In this document: piece by piece, positions 22,746 through 33,350 of the stretch
Layout of the letters: each line of letters opens with the position of its first letter
Position numbering within the stretch: position 1 is the first letter of the stretch
DNA from: Macrostomum lignano
Taxonomy: Eukaryota
NCBI GenBank assembly: GCA_002269645.1
Contig: NIVC01004837.1
Span: 1-33,754 of the forward strand
Length of the DNA: 33,754 nt
Direction: 5' to 3'
Program-made: the position numbers and the translations under genes
The notes under the pieces: model-generated
What the model was told of the DNA's origin: nothing
Databases searched by the model: none
Seen by the model: the letters and a program-made list of their open reading frames with translations, nothing else

Positions 22746-23280
22746 GCGCTTACTAGATGAACAGAAAATTTTATCCTAATATATTTATAACTGTCTGTGC
22801 TCAGTAATTTATAACAAAATGAGTGTTACATTTATTGACTTAAAACTGAAAATTAAAGTCGAATTTCGTAATCCACGTTTTTTCACCTTTGCAATTTTAT
22901 TCGCTGAGGTCAGTAAAGTATTCAGAAATGCAAGTCATCTCATGCTTTCGTTTTAAATTTTCCACCAAATTTTCAGCGCTAATTTTAGAATTATGCTGCA
23001 AATTATTCTCCAAGCTGCAGAAAATTCTGAATTCTGGCTGCTTAAATTCTATTGAATGAATTAAAGTTGGATAAATTGTTGTATTAAAGACCGTAAAAGC
23101 GACGTAAGCGAGATTTTATTTGGATGGAATTTTGTAATAAACAACGGCTCCATATTTTCGCATCATTTGTAGCTCGAATAAACAAAAATTATTGTGCTTT
23201 GTTTTATTTCATTAATTTTTATTCTAGTCATAAAAACAGCAATATGATTAGCGGCATAAATACACGACAAAAATAACACC

Positions 23281-26244
23281 TCACCCTCTGGGATGGGATC
23301 TCACACTCTGGGATGGGATCTCACCCTCTAGGATGGGATCTCACCCTCTGGGATGGAATCTCACAATATGGGATGTAATATTACACTCCGGAATGGAATC
23401 TCACAATATGGGATGGAATCCTACACTCCGGAATGGAATCTTACACTCCGGAATGGAATCTTACACTCCGGAATGGAATCTTACACTCCGGAATGGAATC
23501 TTACACTCCGGGATGGAATCCTACACTCCGGGATGGAATCCTACACTCCGGGATGGAATCTTACACTCCGGGATGGAATCTTACACTCCGAGATGGAATC
23601 TTACACTCCGAGATGGAATCTTACACTCTGGGATGGAATCTCACACTCTGAAATGGAATCTTACACTCTGGGATGGAATCTCACACTCTGAAATGGAATC
23701 TTACACTCTGGGATGGAATCTCACACTCTGAAATGGAATCTTACACTCTGGGATGGAATCTCACACTCTGAAATGGAATCTTACACTCTGGGATGGAATC
23801 TCACACTCTGAAATGGAATCTTACACTCTGGGATGGAATCTCACACTCCCCTCGGCTAATGACGGCTTCCTGCTGCGCAGACGCATCGGTCACCACCATG
23901 GCGAAAAGCGCCTAAGCGTGCTTGGCTACGCCGACGACCTCGCCCTCCTGTCGTCGTCCGTTGAAGGCGCCCAGCGCCAGATCGACAGGCTGGTTGAGGT
24001 GGCATCGAGCGTTGGTCTGATCGTCAACACGCTGAAGACCGAGGTGCTGACTGTGCCGGCCGAAATCCCAGCTGACCTGACATGCCGCGGCGCAGACGGG
24101 CAGACGACCAGGCTCGCACGCTGCCAGCGGTTCACCTACCTCGGCGGTCTGGTGCCCCACGTGGGAAGAGGACCTCCGGCGGCGCAGAGGACTTGCCTGG
24201 GCGGCCTTTCGCTCGATCCGAGCCGTCCTCCAGTCCGAAGCGCTGCCCGACCGCCAGAGGGCTCGGCTGTGGCAGGCGGTGGTCGAAACCGTCCTGCTAT
24301 ACAACGCCGGGACGTGGACGCTGACGTCTACGCTAGAGCGGCAGCTGGACTCGGCGCACTCAGGGCTGCTCCGTGAGGCCTTTCGAGTTGACGAGAGCGT
24401 CGGGACCGAGGCCCTGTACGATCGGGCCAAGCTGCAACGACCGTCCATCATTCTGCGCCGGCGGTGACTTCAACTGGCGGGCCACGTGATCCCAGGCCGA
24501 GGGCTACTGCTCCCAGGCTCTGCGGCGCGCCATCTGACGCGCCCTGCTGTACCTGTGACCTTTGCTTGCAGGGCCGCGTATCTTGTTGTTGTTGTTGTTG
24601 CTCACACTCTGGGATGGAATCTCACACTCTGAGATGGGATCTCACACTCTGAAATGGAATCTCACACTCTGGGATGGAATCTCACACTCTGGGATGGAAT
24701 ATCACACTCTGGGATGGAATCTCACACTCTGGGATTAAAACTCACACTCTGGGATGGAATCTCACACTCTGAGATGGAATCTCACACTCTGGGATGGAAT
24801 CTCACATCTGGGATGGAATCTCACACTCTGGGATGGAATATCACACTCTGGAATGGAATCTCACACTCTGGGATGGAATCTCACACTCTGGGATGGAATC
24901 TCACACTCTGGGATGGAATATCACACTCTGGGATGGAATCTCACACTCTGGGATGGAATTTCACACTCTGGGATGGAATCTCTCACTCTGGGATGGAATA
25001 TCACACTCTGGGATGGAATCTCTCACTCTGGGATGGAATCCCACATTATGAGGTTGAATCTTACACTCTGGGATGGAATCTCACGCTCTCGGAAGGAATC
25101 TCAAACTCTGAAATGGAATCTCACACTCTGGGATGGAATCTCACGCTCTCGGAAGGAATCTCAAACTCTGAAATGGAATCTCACACTCTGGGATGGAATC
25201 TCACGCTCTCGGAAGGAATCTCAAACTCTGAAATGGAATCTCACACTCTGGGATGGAATCTCACGCTCTCGGAAGGAATCTCAAACTCTGAAATGGAATC
25301 TCACACTCTGGGATGGAATCTCACGCTCTCGGAAGGAATCTCAAACTCTGAAATGGAATCTCACACTCTGGGATGGAATCTCACGCTCTCGGAAGGAATC
25401 TCAAACTCTGAAATGGAATCTTACACTCTGGGATGGAATCTCACCCTCTGGGATGGAATCTCACGCTCTCGGAAGGAATCTCAAACTCTGAAATGGAATC
25501 TCACACTCAAGGATGGGATCTTACACTCTGGGATGGAATCTCACACTCTGGGATGGAATCTCACACTCTGGGATGGAATCTTACACTCTGGGATGGAATC
25601 TCACACTCTGGGATGGAATCTCACACTCTGGGATGGAATCTCACACTCTGAAATTGAATCTTTCACTCTGGGGAGAAATCTCACACTCTAGGATGGAATC
25701 TTACACTCCGGGATGGAATCTCACACTCTAGGATGGAATCTTACACTCCGGGATGGAATCTCACACTCTGGGATGGAATCTCACACTCTAGGATGGAATC
25801 TCACACTCTGGGATGGAATCTCACACTCTGGGATGGAACTTCACATTATGGGATGGAATCTCACAGTCTGAAATGGAATCTCACACTCTGGGATGGGATC
25901 TCACACTCTGGAATGGAATCTCACACTCTGGGATGGAATCTCACACTCTGGGATGGAATCCCACATTATGAGATGGAATCTTACACTCTGGGATGGAATC
26001 TCACACTCTGGGATAGGATCTCACACTCTGGGATAGGATCTCACACTCTGGGATGGGATCTCACACTCTGGAATGGAATCTCACACTCTGGGATGGAATC
26101 TCACACTGGGATAGGATCTCACACTCTGGGATGGAATCTCACACTCTGGGATGGGATCTCACACTCTGGAATGGAATCTCACACTCTGGGATGGAATCTC
26201 ACACTCTGGGATAGGATCTCACACTCTGGGATGGAATCTCACAG
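23281..26244. repeat. 20-bp satellite interrupted by an RTE insertion
   Basis: Unit TCACACTCTGGGATGGAATC on both sides of 23849-24600. A 60-bp higher-order unit occurs at ~25070-25430. Confidence 0.97.
23849..24600 (+). mobile_element. 5'-truncated RTE-clade LINE (RT 3' half) with a (TTG)n tail and a 9-bp TSD
   Basis: LGYADDLALL, GLIVNTLKTE, FTYLG, then in a shifted frame VETVLLYNAGTWTLT and LQLAGHV. The (TTG)6 tail ends at 24600. CTCACACTC flanks both sides (23840-23848 and 24601-24609). Contains a frameshift and a stop. Confidence 0.9.
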
Positions 26245-26939
26245 CCACGCTAGCAGACGTCGGGAACCAGACCGCCGAGCTAGATATATCTAAACTTCTG
26301 CGATCACGGAATTTCTGGCTCTACCCTTCAGCACCCTGAGCTGGCGTGAAATCCTCTTTTATATTTTCAAATTATCATAACTATCCTAAAATGCCTGGCA
26401 AGCTACCTGAGCTATTAACTGAGGTATTGACAATTTGTCTAAATTTAGCAACAAAATTTAGCCATAACTCGCGCATATATGGCTTAACTACTAGTATATT
26501 TCCAATCAAGCTGAGAGCTGTCATTGGACTCATAAATTGTAATTGGTTCAGCCAGTGCCTGTGTGAGTATTGGTATTGGTATTGATAATGGCATGCGCCA
26601 AAAGTTTTTAAAATGAAACTTTGAAGGTTTTACAGCGGAGAGAGGTTGATAAGCTTAAAATTGATATAGCTTATTGATTTTAATTTCTGAGCTTAGCTCT
26701 ACTTGCGAATCGTTAATCTCTTCTACTTTACCGAAAATTTGATGGTTGTTTTACCAAAAAAATGACTTCGTGTCCTTTTGTTATGTACGCTGCTGCAGAA
26801 TATGAACAACTAATTTAGTCCCAGTTGTTTATTTACTCGCATGCACTCAAGATCGAGAGCTTGTGAATTAATTATTTATTGCAGTACAGCTGACTTGGAT
26901 ACGCTCGTATAATATTAACAAATCAGATGTACTGCTTAA

Positions 26940-26986
26940 CTACCTATAGTCTACCTAACTTAGATTAGTTAGGTAGACTATAGTAG
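26940..26986. other. Perfect 17-bp-stem palindrome
   Basis: CTATAGTCTACCTAACT-TAGATT-AGTTAGGTAGACTATAG (26944-26983), extendable by 3 bp past a 1-nt bulge. Confidence 0.85.
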
Positions 26987-27476
26987 CCATAATGCACTTA
27001 GTGCCGCTGTGGGGATTATGAAAGCAATACGCCCATATTGCTTCGATTAGGAATTGAGCTCTGGCTGACGACTAATAGGTTTTCGGGTTGTGGTCGCTAG
27101 CACTGATACTATTGATATAATAACAGATATTAGTATCTGTGGTCTCTGCCGGCTCAACGTGTGGTCAATGATCTGAGTAAAAATAAAACAATAGATAGGG
27201 GGTTGGGCGTCGATCCAAGGGAGAGGGAATTGTCAAGAGAGACGAACTGAAAAAAAACGATGTGGGGATTAATCAGCATTAGGGGCTTCCCTTATTGGTT
27301 AAGGATTTTTTACTAGACCAGGGAGAGTCCTCATGACTCACAAAAGTCTGCCCAATGAGTTATTCTGAGCACAGTAACCGCATGCCAGGGAAATAGAAAA
27401 AAATTTGATTCATTAGCACAGGAGACCATCTCCGTAGCTTCGCATCACACAAGTCACATAACTAACCAGATCGGCA

Positions 27477-29105
27477 ATGCTTCCAGTGATTTCAGCGCTC
27501 AAAGCCACAACAGCCCACGGTCTTCCTCGTACTGTAACTGGTAAACCGATGCACGTGCGGTTTTCCTGGGTGCTGGCTTTCCTGCTTATGAGCGGCCTCT
27601 TCTTCAAGGGCTTCATTGATTTCATAATCAAACTGCAGCAACGCCAGGTGACAACCTCGCTTGAGGCCGACAGTTTACACTTCCAGTTCCCGGACGTGTA
27701 CATTTGCTTCGAAAACCCAATCTCGGCAAGCTATGCGGCTAATATTGATGCCGACTCGGCAAACGAGATCAACTCGCGACTGCGCATTAATGACTACGTG
27801 CTGAAGCAGCAGATTGCCACCGTGGCGGACAGTCCAGATGAACAAATCAGCATGTTTATGGAAACGTCCTTCGTCAATCTTCAATCGCTTCCGTACAGAC
27901 TGCTTGTGGACAAGCTGGCGCACAAACCGGAGCAGGATGTCATTTCGAGCGACGTAACTTATAGTAACGGGAACGGCCTACCAGAGTACAAAACTCTGCC
28001 AGCAACCAGCTTCTACCACCCAAGGTACATGCGCTGCTACCGGTGGATTCTGAGCGCCGACTTGCAGAGCAAGGTTCTGCAGACGGGTCTGTCCTCTGGC
28101 CTCGATGTGACACTGCTGCTCGACTCGAGCTTCGCCGGAATGAACTCGACCGGTCACCCTATCGAGGACTATGTCATTACAAAGGACACGCCGGTTCCTG
28201 TGTCAAATTGGTCCCTGTCGGTTAGGGACTTTAACACGCTGGATAGGCGATTGGGCTTTCGAATATTTCTCACTTCGCCCGGCGAGTACCCATCAGACTT
28301 TGTCGACTCGTTCTCGCTGGCACCTGGCAAGCATCACACGGTGAATATGATCATGACCAGACACGTGAAGAAGGAAGGACAGTTCGATTGCAGCAGTGAC
28401 ACAAGCGACGTCCAGTTTTTGAACCCGTACGACCAGACACCGTACAGCCACAAGTACAGCTATTCGTACTGTTTCTACTACGAGTACCACAAGCAGTTCC
28501 AGGAACTGGTGAACCTCTCAGGTGTCATCAGTCCGCTCCCGTGGCCTCTCAGAGACAAAAGATTTGTTTTGAATCTGACAGGCGATCCAAATTTCTTCGT
28601 GTTTTATCGGGACAAGAATTTAAATGCTCGGGTAGACCTGATTGCCAATGAGACAAAGAGAAGGTGCCAGTCCAAACAGCCATGCAACACTCTGACCTAC
28701 AGCGCGAGCATCTCCAGCTCCGACTGGCCCTCGCAGTCCTCTGTCGGCAGGTACGTCAGAACCTCAATCGCAGAGGCCCTGATGCGGGCCAAGTCGAAGA
28801 ACCTAAGCGTACCTGCGCTTGAATTTCTTCTGAACAGCAACGAATCGACTATGATATCCTACGTGAGAAACAACCTAATGAAGGTGCACTTTAAGCCGGA
28901 CCGGGTTCTCAGCGACGAGGTGACCTTTTCCATCGACTACGGACTGCAGAACTTCATCTCTGACGTGGGCGGCATCATGGGCATCTACTTGGGCATGTCC
29001 CTGCTCACCCTGTGCGAGTTCATCGAGTTGATCTATGACCTCATAGTTCACAGACAGAAAAAGGCCGAAAAGTCCATCAAAAATGCCAGATCGACTGTTG
29101 TATGA
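27477..29105 (+). CDS. DEG/ENaC (amiloride-sensitive sodium channel superfamily) subunit, single coding exon, 542 aa
   Basis: Pre-TM1 HG motif (TTAHGL), hydrophobic TM1, FPDVYIC, HPRYMRCY, GFRIFL..PG, WPS, and TM2 FISDVGGIMGIYLGMSLLTLCEFIEL with the GxS filter. AATAAA at 29189. Confidence 0.95.
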   Translation: MLPVISALKATTAHGLPRTVTGKPMHVRFSWVLAFLLMSGLFFKGFIDFIIKLQQRQVTTSLEADSLHFQFPDVYICFENPISASYAANIDADSANEINSRLRINDYVLKQQIATVADSPDEQISMFMETSFVNLQSLPYRLLVDKLAHKPEQDVISSDVTYSNGNGLPEYKTLPATSFYHPRYMRCYRWILSADLQSKVLQTGLSSGLDVTLLLDSSFAGMNSTGHPIEDYVITKDTPVPVSNWSLSVRDFNTLDRRLGFRIFLTSPGEYPSDFVDSFSLAPGKHHTVNMIMTRHVKKEGQFDCSSDTSDVQFLNPYDQTPYSHKYSYSYCFYYEYHKQFQELVNLSGVISPLPWPLRDKRFVLNLTGDPNFFVFYRDKNLNARVDLIANETKRRCQSKQPCNTLTYSASISSSDWPSQSSVGRYVRTSIAEALMRAKSKNLSVPALEFLLNSNESTMISYVRNNLMKVHFKPDRVLSDEVTFSIDYGLQNFISDVGGIMGIYLGMSLLTLCEFIELIYDLIVHRQKKAEKSIKNARSTVV

Positions 29106-29622
29106 AGTTTTCCCCGCTTATTTTGATAATGAGGAGCTGTACTATTGTGGTCCAGGAAATTCCTTGCACCTTTTTGCTTTTCTATACAAATAAAAAAATA
29201 GAAGCTAAATATAGCCGTCATAACTGCTCTTGCGATATGAGAATACATTTTAATAATTGTTTATTCTTGCGGTAAAATTTTGGTTTCTTATCGCGTTTCG
29301 GTAAGCAAAGCATAACAAATTTAGATTAACAAAACAAAACGTAAGTCTCTAAATTTTCACTGATCTCTCAATTAGATAGCAACTATGTCCTTAAGAGTAT
29401 TTATTGCTGCAGTAAGCTAAGACTTATTGTAAATCTAAAAATATAATATTTAAACCAAAAGTACGTCGAGTATTATAATAATATTGTCGTGCCCTACATT
29501 GCCTACTGAGTATAGAATTTGACTCTAAAATTGTTGCAAACTATTTTGCCATCAAGTTAAAACATTATTTTTCCGTCTTAAATCATTTCTTGGACCTGCA
29601 GGTCGGACAAGCACCATGCAGC

Positions 29623-29808
29623 TTAGTCGAGAATCTTCCTGGTTTTGCCAAAGTTCATTCCAGCCTGACTGGCGCCCTTGTTGTAGCCGGCCTGCAGCCC
29701 GATCACCGTCTTGTTGGCGTTCAGCTGCTCTTCGGTGAACGTGCGACGATTCTCTTCGGACAGCTTGGGGCCCAGGATGGGACCGGAGTAGTCCGGCTGC
29801 ACCTGGCA
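29623..29808 (-). CDS. Myophilin-like exon 4 (calponin repeat, stop)
   Basis: GPKLSEENRRTFTEEQL...VIGLQAGYNKGASQAGMNFGKTRKILD*. Minus-strand AATAAA at 29400-29405. Confidence 0.95.
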   Translation of the reverse strand, partial: CQVQPDYSGPILGPKLSEENRRTFTEEQLNANKTVIGLQAGYNKGASQAGMNFGKTRKILD

Positions 29809-29901
29809 CTGCGGATGGGGCGTTAGGCATGCGTTTCCAGCTTCAGTGCTACAGTTAACAGAGAAAGGTATTGAATCTAAAGGTGTGCAAATGCCCCCCC
29901 T

Positions 29902-30253
29902 CCCTCAAATGAAATGGCGCCCCTCAAATGAAATGGCGGCCTCTCAAATAAAATGGCGGCCTCTCAAATGAAATGGCGGCCTCTCAAATAAAATGGCGGC
30001 CTCTCAAATGAAATGGCGGCCTCTCAAATAAAATGGCGGCCTCTCAAATGAAATGGCGGCGTCTCAAATGAAATGGCGGCCTCTCAAATGAAATGGCGGC
30101 GTCTTAAATGAAATGGCGGCGTCTCAAATGAAATGGTGGCCTCTCAAATTAAACGGCACCCCCTCAAATTAAACGGCACCCCCTCAAATTAAATCGCAAA
30201 TGAAATAGCAATGAAATGGCAATGAAATGGCAATGAAATCGCAATGAAATGGC
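29902..30253. repeat. 20-bp minisatellite in myophilin intron 3
   Basis: Unit CTCTCAAATGAAATGGCGGC, decaying into (GCAATGAAAT)n. Confidence 0.93.
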
Positions 30254-30294
30254 TTCATGAGGTTCCAAAAGTACTAACTACAAAAAGTACCAAC

Positions 30295-30518
30295 CGTACG
30301 ACCCAGAGCGAAGAGACTCTGCGTGACCTGGCAGATGTCCTTCTTCTCAAACAGGTCGATGGTTTGAAACAGATCCGACGATGGCACCCCAAAGGCGGTC
30401 ATGCCTTTCAGGAAGCTGTCGATATTCTCCATCAGTTTAAATGGCATCTTAGTGTTTTCGTGAATGCGTTTCACACTGCCAGGACGGATGGTGTTCATCA
30501 GTTTGCACAGCAGGATGC
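30295..30518 (-). CDS. Myophilin-like exon 3 (CH domain)
   Basis: ILLCKLMNTIRPGSVKRI...FKLMENIDSFL...GVPSSDLFQTIDLFEKKDICQVTQSLFALGR. Confidence 0.95.
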
Positions 30519-30669
30519 CTGTGAGATAAGTTTAAAAACTATTTTGTAATATTCACTATTAGCCAATTGCTCACAGGTTACCTACAGAAAGTCGGCAATC
30601 GGCGGTGTGGGGTAAGGACTCCGATTGCACCTTGACGACCCTGTTAACATCACTATGCCCAAAGTTTGC

Positions 30670-31065
30670 GTACTGACATACAAAGTTGACGTCACTGGCA
30701 CACGAAGATGACGTCACGGAGAAGTCTAATTTGACGTCACTAACACACAAAGGTGACGTAACTGGCATACAAATTAAATTTGACGTCACTGACATACAAA
30801 GTTGAAGTCGTTTATACACAAAACTGACGTAACCAACACACAAAGTTGTCGTCACTGGACATAATATGACGTCGCTGACTTCCTTGAGCAGCCAAATTTG
30901 ATGTCACTGACATACAAAAATTATATCACTGAACACCCAAAGTTGACTTCACTGACACACAAAGATAACGTCGTTGACATACAAAGTTGACGTCGAGTAA
31001 CTAACACAAGTTTGACGTCACGAGCATCCAAAGTTGACGATACTGACACAAAGTTGACGTCATTG
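30670..31065. repeat. Degenerate ~22-bp repeat containing TGACGTCA in myophilin intron 2
   Basis: Recurring CAAAGTTGACGTCACTGACA(T/C)A, with six perfect TGACGTCA. Confidence 0.8.
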
Positions 31066-31365
31066 AACACCCCATCTAACAACACTGAACCTTGGGGACA
31101 TAGAGGTGGTAACCTTTTGGATCACGGCTGCTTCGTTAGACATCGCTACCTCCTGGGTTAAATCCATAGTGAGGACTGCCCTCTCTGCTCCTTAGGTGTT
31201 GTGAATTCGGAGCAATTTATTGTCACCGACTTCGGCCCAAACTGGGGTCTCTCTAACGTTTACAGGCCCCACAATTTTCGCCAGCTTGTCCCCTATCAAA
31301 GGGCTGCTGGGCAAGGGAGCAAATTATAAAGTATAACACTAAATAAATATAGAACCGATATTCAC

Positions 31366-31477
31366 CATCCCAAAGCAGGTCTTCGTATGGCTTGGTTCGG
31401 TCGAGCGGTTGCTTCAGAACCGCCTCAATCCAGTCGAGCACCTGCGACTCTTGAGCAGGGTTTCGCTTTTCTCGTCG
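31366..31477 (-). CDS. Myophilin-like exon 2 (start of the CH domain)
   Basis: KRNPAQESQVLDWIEAVL...YEDLLWDG. Acceptor TTTCAG|, donor G|GTGAAT. Confidence 0.9.
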
Positions 31478-31556
31478 CTGAAATTGGCGAGTCACCGGGT
31501 GAGAAATTAAATCTGTTAATTTATTGCAATAATACCCCGATTTAGAATTGGCTAAC

Positions 31557-31607
31557 TTTTCTCTCTAGTTCCGCGCTGAGTCCGTAGCTGGGTCCCTGGT
31601 TGGCCAT
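31557..31607 (-). CDS. Myophilin/Mp20/transgelin-like calponin-family protein, exon 1 of 4 (model 31607-31557, 31477-31366, 30518-30295, 29808-29623; 190 aa)
   Basis: MANQGPSYGLSAELERK is the typical GP.YGLS N-terminus. Donor AAA|GTTAGC. Confidence 0.88.
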
Positions 31608-32302
31608 GTTGCTCTGGAATTTGTCGTCCAACTTGTACTAAAATAGAAGTTAGTTAAGCAAGGCTCTACAGAGCAGAAACTGAAGTGTAAGACTTGCTAG
31701 CAAATTCAAGTCAGTTCTGTTTATATTCAGCGTTTGGGGCCTGCAAAGTATCAATACGGTGTACGTACGATTCAATAGTGTAGTGCGAGCCAAGCTGCAT
31801 TTCGGCTCCAACTACAACACCACACCGCGTCAAAGTCAGAAAAAAATGGGTACAGAACAGTGTACGAGGCTACCTAGCATTTACGCCAGACCAATTTTTT
31901 TATGCACAGCCAGTCTTCAACTGCTAGTTCGTACCAACCTTCCTGTACAATTTGTTATAAACTTTCACTCAGCTTTCGCACACTTTGTGGACTGTTTTAT
32001 TTCAACAGCCCCACGCACTCTTCACATCTGGCGAATGTAATAAACAAAAACGCGTGGGTAAGTCTTTTCTTTTTTTCAATCTAACTTGCTAATTAATTGT
32101 AAGAGGCAAAACATTATTTAAACTACGCGGAGTACTGTGCAAAGCTATGCTATAAAATGCAAGTCAGAATCTTTAGAAGATTGAAATCGCGTTAGCGTAG
32201 TTGGAAATTCAGCATACTTTTCCACTAGAAAAGACATTTTTCTTAAGAAACTAGTCGATCCCCACTACGCGTGACCGACACAGTAAAATCCCCTCGTGGA
32301 AT

Positions 32303-32525
32303 ATCCCCTCAGCATCATTTCCCCTCAGAATATCATGCACCATCACCATCATTTTCCCTCAGCATCATTACCCAGCTTAATCATTCGCCCTCAGCATCAT
32401 TCCACTCAGCATAATTCGTCCTCAGCATCATTCCCCTCAGCATAATTCTCTTCAGAATCATTCTCCCTCAGCATCATTCCTCTCAGTTTCATTATCCCTC
32501 AGCAATCATTCCCCCTCAGCAGCAT
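32303..32525. repeat. Degenerate ~18-bp repeat
   Basis: Recurring CATTCCCCTCAGCAT, about 11 copies. Confidence 0.8.
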
Positions 32526-33234
32526 CAATGCGATTCACGTCAGCAATAAACACTTAGAAACAGCAAACCCCCTCCCCCGAAATGGACGATTTCACGCGAC
32601 ACAAAAGTTAAGCAATAGTTCGAGAATTGTGTAGATTGCATAGTTGATGCGGAGTTGAAAACAATGCCCAAAATACGAGTGCACGTAAAGCGTATTGTAT
32701 CAAACTTTTACCCAGCACACCGGGTCAAATTAACACACTTTTCGGTCATTTCATTAAACATGGTTTGATTGACGAGAGGAGAGGTGGGTGAGCTGATTGG
32801 TCACTTGGGTAGAGAGTATGATGTATGATGAATGAGTAAGCCACCGTTGTCACTTATTAACATAGTATAGCCGTTCAATTTCATACTACAAATTTTGCTA
32901 TTAACAGCTTATATACAATTTTACTAATAACTTAACATACGCATTTGGATAACTTAACATAATAAATCAGAACGCTTAATTAAACTTAATTAAAAAAACA
33001 TTCTACAGCTTATTTAAAAAAAACTTGCATGATCTTCATTGAATGTACTCGTCATATTTTATACGAGTACAATTTTTTTGCATTGGACATTGGGATACGC
33101 ATTTGGATCCCTAACTTAAGAGAATGGCACTGTTTCAAATTGTGAAATTTCAGGAGATTTGCGATTAAGATCATTCGGATGATCGAAAGGCTGCGAGTAT
33201 AAGCTAAAATGTACTTACATTTAAAAAGTCACCC

Positions 33235-33350
33235 AACAATTGGCCCACAGGCGTTGGTTTGGCGTTGGTATAGCGTTGTATAACCGTTGTATTGCCACCG
33301 TTGTTCAACGACATTTGTAACCGTTGGTCGCGTTGGTACACGTTGTTCCA
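33235..33350. repeat. CGTTG motif cluster, possibly the end of a non-autonomous DNA transposon
   Basis: About 8 CGTTG motifs within 115 bp. No second end identified. Confidence 0.35.

Noticed and set aside
31759-32062. Plus-strand ORF and GG|GTAAGT donor suggesting a divergent gene
   Set aside because: No recognisable domain, a non-ATG ORF start, and no downstream exon identified in the window.
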